A stretch of DNA of 63,996 nt, counting the filler, from Chiloscyllium plagiosum (taxonomy: Eukaryota): assembly GCF_004010195.1 (NCBI RefSeq). It is 5 parts of one record of this genome, joined end to end, with 100 filler letters (N's around TTAATTAATTAA, not from the genome) between each part and the next. Parts side by side here need not be neighbours in the genome. Positions count along the whole stretch, not along the records: positions 1 to 19,161 come from NC_057716.1; positions 19,262 to 39,336 come from NC_057716.1; 3 more parts are not named here. One strand, written 5' to 3'. How positions within the stretch are numbered: the stretch's first letter is position 1; each line of letters opens with the position of its first letter. Shown here piece by piece: positions 12,006 to 25,846 of the stretch. Position numbers and translations under genes: made by a program. The notes below the pieces were generated by a model. That model saw only the letters and a program-made list of their open reading frames with translations, did no database searches and was not told the origin of the DNA.

Positions 12006-14579
12006 CTGTCAGAGTAATGAGTACACAATGTCAATGGAAAATAACTGTTCAATGTACAGCCTTGAACAGAAGTGCTAAATAGAAAAATCAATTGGTGTTT
12101 TACCCATGAAACAATCTGTCGTCATTATGATTAGACATCCTGCATTCGAGCTGCTATGCACTGATTTTAAACTGGAATCTACTTAATTGACAATCATGCA
12201 GCTTATAAACAAGAAAAACACATTTGTCACAATTGTCCTTTGAAATTCTACCTAGTGTGCCAACACTTAATATAAATCAATCTCCCAACTCAAGAAACAT
12301 TAAGTTCAGTTTATGTTGTATTACATATAGCACTCAGCAAAGAGACATGCCTTCGGTTACAAGGTCTTGATGGTATTTATGCTCCACAAATGTCTCCTCC
12401 CAAATTACTTTGTCTCACCCTATCAAGGTGCTTTTTCTTTAATTTTTTTTCCTCCTTCTGTATTAATTTAATTTCTCCTTCAATGTTACTTGTCTCAATT
12501 ACTGTTTATAGCACCACGTTTCACATTTACAACCACACCGAGAAAATACAGAGCTCCCAAATACCTCATTGGCTTTATCGGTGAAAATCTTATATTTCTG
12601 ATCACCAGTGTCGCATTCACCCATAAAAATGGAAACAGTTTCTTTGTCTACCTTATCAAATTCTTTTCACATTTTGAAGACCTTCATCCAGGTCATCCCT
12701 CAGCGTTCAGTTGACTCAAGAAAAAGACTCAGCCTTTTCTGATAGTTTAGCCGATAATTACTAAAGACTTGTGGTCCTGCACTAGGCACACCCCAAACCA
12801 AGTTGCTCCAATACAGTTGCAATACTGGCATCTATCCAACAACATGGAAAATTGCTCATGTATGTCCTGACCACAAAACGTAGGATAACTCAATGTGGCC
12901 AATTACCGCCCCAATACAGTGATGGAAGGTGCCATCAACAGTGCTATAACAAAGACATACTTAACAATAACCTGCTCACAGCTTGGGGTCCACAGGTCAT
13001 ATGCAGCTGTTGATCTTATTATTCATTTTGTCCAAACATGAGCAAAAGAGCTGAACTTTAGACTGAGTGGTTTCCCCATTGGAAAGGACAAGGGTAGCAC
13101 ATGCATGGGACCCCCAACACCCACACGTTCTCCTCCAAGTCACACGCCATCCTGATTTGAAACATATTACAGGACCATTGGATCATAGGAACATGAATAG
13201 GCCATTCAGCCATTCCTGCTTGTTCCTCTATTCACTGAGAACATGGTGAATCTGTGGCCTAACTCCATGTACCTGAGTTTGGCCCATATCCTTTATTATC
13301 TTTGCTTAACAAAAGCGTATCTATCTCAGATATAAAACTAATAACTGATCTAACATCAACTGCCATTTGTGGAAGAGAGTTCCAAACCTCTGCCACTCTT
13401 TTGTGTAGAAGTGCTTCTTAACATCTCTCCTGAACAGTCTGGCCCTAATTCTGAGACTATGCCGCTAGTTCTAGAATCCCCCATAGCTTAGCCACCCTGT
13501 CTTTTCCTGTTATTTTATTGAAGATTTCCATCTGTTCACTCCATAATCATCTAAATTCTAGAGAAAACAGTCCTATTATGTATAATCTCACCTCATAATC
13601 AGTGAACCCCAAGTATCATTTTGTAGACCAATGTTTATTTTTATATATTATAATTTCACTATCACTGTTTTAGCAAGGAACTCTTGAGATATTCAAAATA
13701 CTACTATTGGCGGCATATCATAGTTCAATTATTATGTAGAGGATAGACCACTGCTGGGATTAAGCATAAGGATGCTTGTCTTAGATAATGAGTAGTTTAT
13801 TGCATGATAGCAATCGGTACAGTTTACATTAATGATGAGGCATAATTACAAAGGATTTCTGTCAGCTGCACAGAATGGATCTGTTCCCTTTGATACTTGT
13901 GCAGAACTGAGTTGTATTCACCCAAAGATGATGGGACAAATTCAGACTGAATGGAGCTTGATGTGCTGTGAACATTAATTCCCCTAGAATTTCCACCTTA
14001 TGAAACAGTCACTGGAACAGAATCCTCCCCAGTAGTGAAGTGAGTGTTCTAACACTGCAAGGACTGGAGCAGTGCAAGAAAGCAGCTCATGACCACCACC
14101 TCCAAATCAATTAAAGTGAGGCAATAATTGTGGCCCAAGCCAGGGATTTTCACATCCTGTGAATGATTGTTTTTTTTTTAAATCCTAGACCCTCTCAACC
14201 CTTTTTGGTAATATGGAAACCAGAACTGAGAACATAAATATGGTCTAATCAAGATTTAAAATAAATTTTGTCTAGATCTTTATTTTCAAGAGATGCAGGC
14301 ACTGCTGTCAAGGACAGCATTTATTGCCCATTGCTAACTGGCTTTGAACTAAGTTGCTTCTTTGGCAATTCCTGAAGGCATTTAAAAGTCAACCATATTC
14401 TTCTGGGTTGGGAAAAGTAGGCTTGACTTCATTAGGATAGCAGATTCCTTTCTGAAAGAGGTATTTGTAACTAGATTAGTTTTGCTCCCCACTGTCTGTG
14501 ATAGTTACCATGGTGAAAATGACTAAGATTAACTTTTTTATTTCAAATTTATTGACCTCATTTAAGAGTTCATCATGTA

Positions 14580-16120
14580 TGTGCATTTGGAAAAGCATGT
14601 CGGCTTTTCCAAATTAGAGCTAGTCAGCATGGCTGTGTGTGGGGGAAGGTAATGCCTTACTAGATTGATAGAATATTTCAAAGAGGTGACAAAGGTGATC
14701 CATGATGGTAGGTGCTGGCTGCATGGATTTAAGTAAGGCTTTTGACAAGCTCCCTCATGGTAGATTCATCCAGAAGATTAAGATGTATGGGACTCACAGT
14801 GACTTGGCCACGTGGATTCAGAATTGGCTTGCCCATAGAAGGCAGCGAGTAGTTGTAGAAGGGTGTTTTTCAGGTTGGAGGGTCTGTGACTAGTGGAGTG
14901 GCATGGTGGCTCAGTGGTTAGCACTGCTGCCTCACAGCGCCAGGGACCCGGGTTTGATTCCAGCATCGGGCGACTGTGTGGAGTTTGCACATTTTCCACA
15001 TGTCTGCATGGGTTTCCTTCAGGTGCTTTGGTTTCTTCCCACAATCCAAAGATGTGCAGTTCAGGTGAATTGACCATGCTAAATTGCCCATAGGGTAGCG
15101 GTAAAATATAGGGTAGGGGAATGGGTCTGGGTGGGTTACTCTTCAGAGGGTCAGTGTGAACCTGTTGGGCTGAAGGGCCTGTTTCCACATGGTAGGGATT
15201 CTAATTCTAATTCTAGTGATGTTCTGTAGGGATCCGTACTGGGATCTCTGCTGTTTGTGATATATGTATATGAATTGGATGAAAATGTAAATTGGTGGGA
15301 TAGTAAGTTTGCAGACGATACAAAGGATAAATGGGATGTAGATTAATTGTAGATATAGGCGGAGAAATGGCAGATGGAGTTTAATGCATGTAGGTGTGAG
15401 GTGCTGCCCTATGGGTGATCAAATGTTTAGGAAAAGTATACAGTTAATGGCAGGACCCTGAATAGCATTGATATACAGAGGGATCTTGGGGTACAAGTCC
15501 ATAGCTCCCTGTAATTGGCCAGGCAAAGGGTGGGAAAGAGAGTGCATGGCATGCTTGCCTTTATTGGTTGGGGAATTTAGTAGAAGATCCAGGATATCAT
15601 GTTGTAGCTTTATAAGATTTTGGTTAGGCCACACTTAAAGAGTATTGCATTCAGTTCTGGCTGCCACATTACTGGATGGATGTGGAGGCTGTGGAGAGGG
15701 CACAGAAGAGGTTTACCAGGATGCTGCCTGGATGAGAGGGTATGAGCGTAAGGAGAGGCTGGAAAAACTCAGGTTCTTTTCTTTGGCTGAGGGGAGACTT
15801 GATAGAAGTCTATAAAATTATGAGACATACAGATTGGGTTGACAGTCAGAATCTTTTTCCCAGAGTGAAATTCTAAAATTAGAGAGCATGCATTTAAGGT
15901 GAGAGGGAGACAGTCCTAATGAGATGTGAGGGACAGGTGTTCTACACAGAAAGTGGTTGGAGTCTAGAACATGCTGCCGGGTGGTGGTTGAGGCAGATAC
16001 GAGTGGGATCTCAATGCAACTGAAACTAGCTTTAGACGGTTTAAGGGATTTTCAGATAAGCACATGAATATTGTGGGCCAAAGGGCCTGTTCCTGTGATA
16101 TACATTTCTATGTTCTATGA
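14580..16120 (+). mobile_element. CR1 LINE RT and 3' end, with a nested HE1 SINE
   Basis: MDLSKAFDKLPHGR...WIQNWL; FADD at about 15308; ttctatg tail. Confidence 0.88.
14896..15212 (+). mobile_element. HE1-type V-SINE nested in CR1
   Basis: Full head to (ttctaa)n tail; 6-bp TSD ctagtg (14890-14895 / 15213-15218). Confidence 0.92.
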
Positions 16121-17271
16121 TCTACATTGCAATTTGAACCCATGTCTCCACAGCTTCAGCATGAGATTCTGAATTACTTGGTCCCGTTAGCTTATCACTG
16201 CACCAATATCTCCCCATTTACTCTGCTGCTGCTGTGGTTAAACAGGGGTTAGTTAGCCAAGCTGGCTGGATGGCCAGTTTCCAATGCAAAGTGATGCTGA
16301 CAATCTTGCCCAGTCACCTGAGCTGTGGTGACCTTCAAATTAAACCAACACCAGATGTCTCTCTTTAATAAGAGAGCAGCCCCATGGTCCTAGTGAGTTA
16401 TCACCCCCCAAAAACGATGATGGATCTCAATACAACGGAAACTAGCTTTATACTCAGATTAATGAACTGAATTTAAATTTCACCACCTGCTGCCTGTTTG
16501 GTTTGGAACCCATACCCCCAGAACATTATGGATTACCAATCCAGTGACATCATCATCAACTCTCCATAGCATGATATTTCTTGGAATTGTATCAATGCTC
16601 CTCCTAGTGCTCTCAACGTTCTCAGTCCTCGAATGAAAACTGTCTCACTGAGTGGTAGGGTTGAATTCTATCAGCACAGCCAGGACTCCAAGTTCGGGAT
16701 GAAAAACATGTTGCTAAGCCCGCAATTGCTGGGAGTGTAACCCGCTTATGAATTTTACACAGGCAGCCTTCCTAACTGGAAGTGCAAGTTGCCATTCCCA
16801 ACCTGATCTTACTTTCTGAGACCTTAGCTCAGGGCTGTCACTAGGAGGTAAAATGCTGATGGCACCTTTGGTCTGGACTTTAGCTTTCCATTTCTTTGGC
16901 CCAATTAATTAGCAATGGGTGGCAGATCCACTCAGGTTTCCTGCCATTTACCAGCCATCATCCAAACCCCGGCTCCCTTCCTACTTCCTGGGGGAGGGGT
17001 GGGGGCAGGTAATGGGAGCTTGAACAAGCTCAAGTCACACAGTAATGAGCGGGAACAGGAAACTGAGATATTATTTCTCCTTCTTAAACCAAAGGGGTGA
17101 GGCCAATTGGGCAGGGAAGAGTTTGAAGTCTATTTGTGGATCTTCTGACACATTTTTTTATCCAAAAATTGAAACAAATGACAAAACTATCCCACTATTT
17201 TGAAACAATATCAGTTTAAAGATGCCACAAGAGACAATAAAGCAGGAGGCTAGTACAGAGTGGCTCAGTGG

Positions 17272-17605
17272 AGGTGTGGTTTGGTGGCTCAGTGGTTAAC
17301 ACTGCCTCACAGATCCAGGGACCCAGGTTTGATTCCAGCCTCGGGTAACTATCTGTGTGGAGTTTGCAGATTCTCCCCATATCTGCGTGCGTTTCCTCTG
17401 GGTGCTTCAGTTTCCTTCTACAATTCAAAGATGTGCAGGTGAGGTGGATTGGCCAGGCGAAATTGTCCATTGTGTTCAGGGATGTGTAGGTCAGGTGCAT
17501 TAGTCAGGGGTTAAATGTGGGGTACTGGATCTGGGCGGGTTACTCTTCAGAGGGTCGGTGTGGACTTGTTGGGCCGAAGGGCCTGTTTCCATACTGGATG
17601 GATTC
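17272..17605 (+). mobile_element. HE1-type V-SINE
   Basis: Head, V-domain and CR1-like tail. Confidence 0.88.
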
Positions 17606-17999
17606 CAAACAAAAATCTCCATTGCTTCATTAATGCTGGGTCAAGGTCCTGGAATTTCCTCCTTCCCCCACTGCAGTAATATCTATGCTGAAGGGCCTAT
17701 TTCCACACTGCAGGGATTCTATGAGTTTACACTGGATATTCATGGAACTGAACAAAAAGTCACAAGGAAAATAAATTAGCGCAGGCTAATTGCACGAGCC
17801 CGCAATATGACTGAGTTATCACTTAGAGTGTAACAAATGTGGGCAAGTCAAGAATTAATCAATATCTAATTTGGCAAGAATCGTAACTTGTTAACAATTG
17901 CTTCAGTTACTGCCTCTTCTTCTGTTTGAACGACACATTTCTCAATCGTTTTGTCCTAATGTGTTGCATGGATTCATGCTATAATTGTGTTTACTGTCA

Positions 18000-18233
<234 letters not shown>

Positions 18234-18949
18234 TCATAATATCAACAAGCCAGCTGGAGTAAGACAGGACTTGAAAAATATGACAATGAGAATACTTATG
18301 ACAATAGCAGTGGAAAATGCATGAACTCAAATAAATGGTGATGGGATGAGCCACAAAATCAGCTGGGAATACGGTCATAGAATCTTGAAACCACAGCAAA
18401 AAAAAAAGACCAGAAGCCTGCAATTCATGAGATGCTCTATTCCTGCTTACTCAGGTAATTCAGGAACACTCGTACCTTTTTCACGACTTTTTTTTAGCAG
18501 CAGGGCATTTTCACGTGAAGATGTCGCTATGGTTTATTGACGTGATTATAAGTATGTTGTGGGGGAGGGGAGGGAGAGATTCGGTGAAGTATTCATATGG
18601 CAGGCTTTAATGACCAATGGAAACCCAATCAACAGTTTGCAAAGAAGCTAATTTTTTCTTTTCATCGAATTTATTCTTGGTGAAGGGCATCCATTGCTAA
18701 CGGTGCACTAGTGTAGGACTGTTCTTCTAAAGAGTCTGCACTTCATCCAATAACAAAGGTAAAGGACCCACTCTTCATGAAGTCTAAAACTAGGCAGCAT
18801 AGGGTTTAAGGTAAGAGGGGAAAGATTTAACAGGGAACTAAAGGACAGATGTTAGTGGGTGCGTGGAATAAGCTACGAAAGAAAGTGGTGGAGACTGATA
18901 CAATTACAACATTTAAACGGCATCTGGATGGGTACATGATTAGGAAGAA

Positions 18950-19161
18950 AAAGGTAAAAACAATGACTGCAGATGCTGGAAACCAGATTCTGGATTAGTG
19001 GTGGTGGAAGAGCACAGCAATTCAGGCAGCATCCGAGGACAGGCAAAATCCGAGGACAGGCAAAATCGACGTTTCGGGCAAAAGCCCTTCATCAGGAATA
19101 AAGGCAGAGAGCCTGAAGCGTGGAGAGATAAGCTAGAGGAGGGTGGGGGTGGGGAGAGAGT
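18950..19161 (-). mobile_element. Penelope pLTR with hammerhead core (family 1), running into a gap
   Basis: Reverse complement of 19068-19095 is CTGATGAAGGGCTTTTGCCCGAAACGTC. Confidence 0.8.
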
Positions 19162-19261
19162 NNNNNNNNNNNNNNNNNNNNNNNNNNNNNNNNNNNNNNN
19201 NNNNNTTAATTAATTAANNNNNNNNNNNNNNNNNNNNNNNNNNNNNNNNNNNNNNNNNNNN
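19162..19261. other. Assembly gap with TTAATTAATTAA linker
   Basis: 44 N + ttaattaattaa + 44 N. Confidence 0.97.
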
Positions 19262-19579
19262 CTATTAAAGGCCATTTTTGCTCCTTCACAATCTACAGAC
19301 CCAGAAAATAACACTGTCTTATTCCTCTACAAACACTGCCCCAGGTAAAATTAATAGTTATGGCTTATATTTTAGGTTTAATCAAGAGACATATCTCCAA
19401 AAACATATAATCAAGAAAGAACCCACTCTACTCACTACTGCAGATTCTCTGTAGGCCACACTTAAAACAACAATTAACTTATCTGATTCTGTGTTGTGAA
19501 CTTCCTCCAAGATCAGTTGTGAATTTCACTGTTTGTTATGTTTCCCAGATGAACTCCGATGCCTAGCGATTGATTGATT

Positions 19580-19670
19580 TTCTCACTCTCACTCTCACTC
19601 TCACTCTCATTCTCATTCTCATTCTCATTCTCATTCTCATTCTCATTCTCACTCTCATTCTCACTCTCTC
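19580..19670. repeat. (CTCAYT)n hexamer microsatellite
   Basis: ctcactctcactctcattctcatt... run. Confidence 0.95.
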
Positions 19671-20144
19671 TGCAATGACCTCACCATGTGATTCCTGTGT
19701 CTGCTCTTCTCCCTTTTAATACTGCTGTTGTTTTGACTATTTTTTCCAAAGTAGCAAAACAATGCAACAGCATATAAAACAGTAACTTCTGCTCCTGGAA
19801 ATTGAGGAAATCACCTCCAGCATCTAAAATATCTTACAAAAGGAGCAGCTGTTACAGCCAGAAATTTTTCCTGTCCTCCATCTTGGATTACCCAGAATCC
19901 CAGTGCTGTCTTCATAAAAAAACAAGATAAAATACACATCTGAAAGCCATAGTGACACCACAATATGTTATTAACTTTACTTCTAATGTATACACTGTAT
20001 TAAAATTTAAGAATAGCAAAGGACTTAAACTACTTAACAAAGACAGAATCACAGAAATATTTATGTGCAGAATGAGGCCATTTGGCCCATTATGTCTGCA
20101 CTGGTTCTTCTGTCTCATGCCAATCTTTTCTCTTTTCCCCATTA

Positions 20145-20572
20145 CCCTGCTGGGGCTAAAGGGTTTGAGTTATAAGGACAGGCTGGATAAGCTGGGACGT
20201 TTTCCCTGGAATGTCGGAGGCTGGGGGGGGTGGCCTTATGCAGATTTATAAAATCACGAAGGGCATAGATAAGCCGAATAGTCAAGGTTTTTTTTCCAAG
20301 GATAGGGGAGTCCAAAACTAGAGGGTTTTGGTGAAACGGGAAAGGTTTTAAGAGGGACCCGTGGGTTAAAGTTTTCACACAGTGGGTGGTCTGTGTATGG
20401 AATGTGCTGCCAGAGGAATTGATGGAGGCGGGTGCAATTACAACATTTGAAAGACATTTGGACAGGGACATGTATAGAAAAGGTTTAGAGGGATACGGGC
20501 AAAACTTAGGCAAATGGGACAGGTCAGCATGGAGGAGTTGGACCGAAGGGTCTGCTTCTGTGCTGTATCATT
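20145..20572 (+). mobile_element. CR1 LINE 3' fragment
   Basis: GLSYKDRLDKLG; WNVLPEE. Confidence 0.85.
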
Positions 20573-20580
20573 TCAAGACA

Positions 20581-20893
20581 GGGTAGCATAGTGGCCCAGT
20601 GGTTAGCACTGCTGCCTCACAGTACTAGGGACCTGGATTCATTCCCAGACTTGGGCCAATGTCTGTGTGGAGTTTCGACATTCTCCCTGTGTCTGCATGG
20701 GTGCTCCAGTTTCCTCCCACAATCCAAACATGTGCAGATCAGGTGAGTTGGCCATACTAAATTGCCCCTAGTGTTAGGTGCATTCGTCGGGAGTAAATGT
20801 AGGGGAATGGATTTGGGTGGGATTCTCTTTGAAGGGTCGGTGTGGACTTGTTGGGCCAAATAGCCTGTTTCCACACTGTAGGGAATCTAATCT
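20581..20893 (+). mobile_element. HE1-type V-SINE
   Basis: Head to aatctaatct tail. Confidence 0.9.
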
Positions 20894-21847
20894 TAAAATA
20901 AAACTACAATTTCACCAAAATGATCAGCATCACGAATCATTGAACCCACCAGGCCGATCTTTGCCTGAGTTACCCTATTTCCCTTCTTTTTCTTTAATCT
21001 TCTGTTTCTTCAACTGTTAATCAAATTCCTTCTCAGATGCTGTTGCTTTGGTTACCTCTTGCTTTAATGCACTATATAATGTAATAAGCCTGTGTGTGCA
21101 AACAAAAGCTAGCCCTTAAAAAATCCTACTGCGTTATTGGAAGAAAAAGTGGGCAGTTGTACAAAGTGTTCTGGTTAATATTTATCTCTCAACAAACAAC
21201 ACTAAAAGTAGACCACTTTGTCAATATTTCATTACTACTTGCTGAACTTCCCATTGACTATTCAGTGTCCTGAATTACAATAGTGACTACATTTCAATGG
21301 TATTTTATTGGCTGTAACGCATTTGGGATGTCCTGACTTTTTAAACAGTGCCACGAAAATTCAAGTCTTTCCATTTGTTTCCATTGAACTTTTCTCTGAC
21401 ATTTTCTATTTTTGATGTTCTTTGTACCACGGACATCACTGCCTTCCCACTATTTCCAAACCATTCAAGCTCCCTGTGAGAGAAAGAAATAGGTACTTGA
21501 ATCAATCCTGATTTTGAAAATCAATTTTATGATTGTATCTGTCAATCCCAAGGCTGTAAGGAGCTTGGCTTTTCATGGTTTCTGTATGCTTGGTCATTCA
21601 GCAGACTTTCAAAAAATGTTTTCACCCAGTGAGTAGTTAATGTTTGGAATGCGCTGCCTGGAAACGTGTTGGAGCCAGGTTCAATTGAGGCATTCAAGAG
21701 GGTATTGGATGGTTTATTTTGATAGTAATGGTGTGCAGAAATATGGGGAATAGGCAGGAAATTGTTACTAGATAATAGAGCCTTATTGGGCGAAAATGGC
21801 ACTGTAATAATTCTGTGACTCTGTGATTCTTACTGGACCGAAAGATG

Positions 21848-22135
21848 TCTAGATTAGAGTGGTGCTGGAAAAGCACAGCAGTTCAGGCAGCATCCGAAGA
21901 GCAGTAAAATCGACGTTTCGGGCAGAAGCCCTTCATCAGGAATAGAGGCAGAGAGCCTGAAGGGTGGAGAGATAAATGAGAGGAGGATGGGGGTGGGGAG
22001 AAAGTAGCATTGAGTACAATAAGTGAGTGGGTGAGGGGATGAAGGTAATAGGTTGGGGGTGGGGGGTGGTGGTGGAGTGGATACGTTGAAAAGAAGATAG
22101 GCAATTAGGACAACTCATGGGGACAGTGCTGAACT
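21848..22135 (-). mobile_element. Penelope pLTR fragment with hammerhead core (family 1)
   Basis: Core on the minus strand at 21912-21939; 12-bp TSD gaccgaaagatg (21836-21847 / 22136-22147). Confidence 0.82.
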
Positions 22136-22383
22136 GACCGAAAGATGCCAAATCCCCATCAAGAACAACGTTGCGATTTTGAGGTTAGTGCAGAAGTGAA
22201 TCATAGCATCATGTATTTCAATCGAGGTTCTTTGACCCATCACGTTTGTATTGCCAAACATATACTGCTACCTACATTAGTTACATTTTCACACATTGCC
22301 TTGAATCTTATGACATTTCAAATGATCATTCAAGTACTCTTTAAAGATTGTGCAGTTACTCACCTCAACTACCTTCCCAGCTA

Positions 22384-22605
22384 GGAGAAAGTGAGGTCTG
22401 CAGATGCTGGAGATCAAAGTTGAAACTTTATTGCTGGAACAGCACAGCAGGTCAGGCAGCATCCAGGGAACAGGAGATTCGACGTTTCGGGCACAGGCCC
22501 TTCTTCAGGAATTCCTGAAGAAGGGCCTGTGCCCGAAACGTCGAATCTCCTGTTCCCTGGTTGCTGCCTGACCTGCTGTGCTGTTCCAGCAATAAAGTTT
22601 CAACT
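22384..22605. mobile_element. Fold-back (palindromic) PLE-derived mini-element with a hammerhead core on each strand
   Basis: 94-bp arms (22418-22511 / 22512-22605) with 1 mismatch, a 34-nt one-sided tail, and flanking direct repeat tcaactaccttcccagcta (22365-22383 / 22600-22618). Confidence 0.9.
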
Positions 22606-24569
22606 ACCTTCCCAGCTAATGCATTCCAGACCCCCACCAACCTTCTGGGTGAAAAATATTTCCTTCAAATCCTCTCTAAACTCTTGCCTTTCACTTTACA
22701 TTAAGCCCCCTTGTAATTGACCCTTTGACTAAGGGGAGTAGCTGGTTTCTCTTCACTCTGCGCATGCCCCTCATAATCTTATACACCTCTCAATTTAAAA
22801 TCTCTTCCAACCTCTCCAGTCAGGCAGAAGATGCAAGAGCTTAAACACACAAACCAACAGGTTCAAGACCAGCTTCTTCTCTGCTGTTATTACAGTACTG
22901 AGTGGACCTCTCAAGTTTCAATTCTAATGTTGATCTTGTTTTTGTACTCCTTCTGTGAAGCTGTAACTCTGTATGCTTCGCTCTGTTCAATCACTCTATG
23001 TCCTTGTATGTTATGATCTGCTGTACTGCATGCAAAACATAACATTTCACTGTATGCATAATCCAATCAAATCAAATCAAAACTCTACATGGTCCTTCCT
23101 CAGCCTTCACTGTTCCAAAGAAAACAACCTGAGCTTATCCAGCCTCTCTTCATCACTGAATTGCTCCATCCCAGACAATATCCTGGTGAATCTCCTCTGC
23201 ACCCTCTCCAGAGCAATCACATTCTTAAATAATTAGATGGTTACTCTGGCTGCAGTTCAAGTCGAAAGGCATTTTGAATTCTCATTTGCTTTATTTTCAC
23301 ACTGAACCCACGGAAATGACAAACAGGCTTTAAAGCTCAGTTTATGTGCGGGGAAGTTCTATAACTGTTTTATTGTCTTCATAACTTTAAAATACAACAG
23401 CCCCATTTTTCTCCAGGTGGAATAAAACCGCCTTGAATTCACAAAGTTATCAGCATACTCCATATCAAGGATTATGTTCCAAACTTCAGCGCAGCAGTGG
23501 ATTTGAAATTCTGAATTTACATCTGAATCCTAACACCCTGCCGTCACCTTGAACACCGACAATCAAGCACACCACTCAAGCATAATTTAACTTGGAGAAA
23601 CACTGTCTAATTGAAAAGCAATCAAATGGAACTCCCGAAACATAACAAGAAGTTAGCACTGAAAAATTAAGCCTTTTTGTTTCTTTCATCCAAAATATAT
23701 GTTAATCCTTCCTGTAGGTTCTACCCCATCAAATGGTCAAGTGGGCAAGTCACAAGCTATTAGCAACCTGCCACTATCTGATCACTAATAGGTAATTAGC
23801 AACTAATTGAGGTGCCTTCCTTCTAATTTTGCTGCCACTTTGGATTCAAAATTGGCTTAGTGACAGAAAGCAAAGGGTAATGGTTAATGTTATTTTTGTG
23901 ATTGGAGGGTAGATATTCAGTGGTGCAGTCAGGAAATAGTATTTAGCTCATTGTTCTTTTTCATATAACTTAATAACCTACTTGCCTAGCTAAAAATAAG
24001 CGCAGTTTCAATGGCTTGTAGAGGACTTGCCAGATCCTTGAAAATGTCATAAAGGGCAAAGAACAGAATAAGACCACAAGATGTAGAACCCAAAGTAGTC
24101 CATCTGGTCCATTGAGTCTGCTCCACTATTCAATCAGATACAGTTGATATACCAATTCTTAACTCCACTTTCCGCCCTTACCCCATAACCCTTAAATCCC
24201 TTCATGATTAAATGTCTGTCTACCTCAGCCTTGGATATACTTAATAACTCAGCCTCAAAAGCTGGCCCTTCACAACAGCAGTAAGAAATGGGTAATGAAT
24301 GTCTCTCATCATATGAAAGAATACATTTTTAAAAAGACTTTAGGAGGATTTAGACTGAAATGGGCACAGAATTGGTGACGAAAATTGTTATAGGGAAATG
24401 TTACCATGCAATTTGGAGCAGAGAACAAGGTAACATACTGTAAATTAAATAGCACAATTTTAAACTGATTGCTAGAACAGAGACCTGGGGATTACCTTAG
24501 GGAAATGTATGACAGGCCAGGGATGGGATTGCTACTCAAAAGCACACATCATTATTGGTTTTTGCAATA

Positions 24570-25560
24570 GAGCCATAGAGTAATACAGCACAAAAACAGA
24601 CCCTTCGGTCCAACTAGTCCATGCCAACCAGAATCCCAAACTAAACTAGTCCCACCTGCCAATGTTTGGTCCATATCCCTCCGAAAATTTCTTATTCAAC
24701 AACTTATCCAAATGTCTTTTAAAAGTTATAACTGTACCTGCATCCACCACTTCCTCCGAAGGTTTATTCCACACGCAAACCACTTTTTTCTGTAAAAAAG
24801 TTGCCACGCATGTCTTTTTAAAAATTTTCTCTATTCATCTTAAAAATATGCCTCCTAGAATGAAATCTCCCAACCTTAGGGGGGAAAGAAAACCCTTGCC
24901 ATTCACCTTATCTATGACCCATATGATTTTATAAACATTTATGAGGTCACCCTTCAATCCCAATTTGTGGGCAGCACGGTGGCACAGTGGTTAGCACTGC
25001 TGCCTCACAGCGCCAGAGACCCGGGTTCAATTCCCGACTCAGGCGACTGACTGTGTGGAGTTTGCACGTTCTCCCCGTGTCTGCGTGGGTTTCCTCCGGG
25101 TGCTCCGGTTTCCTCCCACAGTCCAAAGATGTGCTGGTTAGATGAATTGGCCATGCTAAATTGCCCTTAGTGTTAGGTAATAAGGGGTAAATGTAGGGGT
25201 ATGGGTGGGTTGCGCTTCGGCGTGTCGGTGTGGACTTGCTGGGCTGAAGGGCCTGTTTCCACACTGTAAGTAATCTAATCTCCTGCACTCCAGTGAAAAA
25301 GATCCCAGTCTTTCCAGCCTCTCCTTATGACTCAAACCCTCCATTCCTGGCAGCATCCTGATAAATCTTTTCTGAACTCTCTCTAGTTTAATAATAACCT
25401 TCCAATAGTAGGGCAACCAGAACTGCACATGATACTCCAGAACGATACCTCACCAACGTTCAATCTCAACATGACATCCAAACTCCTATACTCAAAGGTC
25501 TGAGAAATGAAGACAAGCACGTTAAACGCTTTCTTAACCACCTGTGACACAAACGTCAAA
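24570..25560 (-). mobile_element. CR1 LINE 3' fragment with a nested SINE
   Basis: Minus ORF QFWLPYY...KLERVQKRFIRMLPGMEGL. Confidence 0.85.
24969..25280 (+). mobile_element. HE1-type V-SINE (young, CpG-rich)
   Basis: Near-consensus head, V-domain and taatctaatc tail. Confidence 0.93.
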
Positions 25561-25570
25561 GAGTTATGAC

Positions 25571-25846
25571 TAGATTCCCTACAGTGTGGAAACAGACCCT
25601 TCAGCCCAACAAGTCCACACCGACCCTCCAAAGAGTAACCCACCCAGACCAATTTCCCTCTGTCTAATGCACCTAACACTACGGGCAATTTAGCATGGCC
25701 AATTCACCTAACCTGCACATCTTTGGACTATGGGAGGAAATCCATGCAGACATGGGGAGAATATGCAAACTCCTGAGGCAGGAATTGAACCTGGGTCCCT
25801 GGCGCTGTGAGGCAGCAGTGCTAACCATTGAGCCACCGTGCCGCCC
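25571..25846 (-). mobile_element. HE1-type V-SINE
   Basis: Inverted relative to 24969-25280; has internal deletions. Confidence 0.88.

Noticed and set aside
19206..19217. TTAATTAATTAA palindrome, recurring four times
   Set aside because: Always centred in an identical 100-nt N block; it is an artificial gap linker with stops in all six frames.
25230..25280. HE1 SINE 3' tail shared with CR1 3' ends (gggccgaagggcctg...)
   Set aside because: Real but already established (HE1/HER1 SINE-LINE partnership), so not novel.
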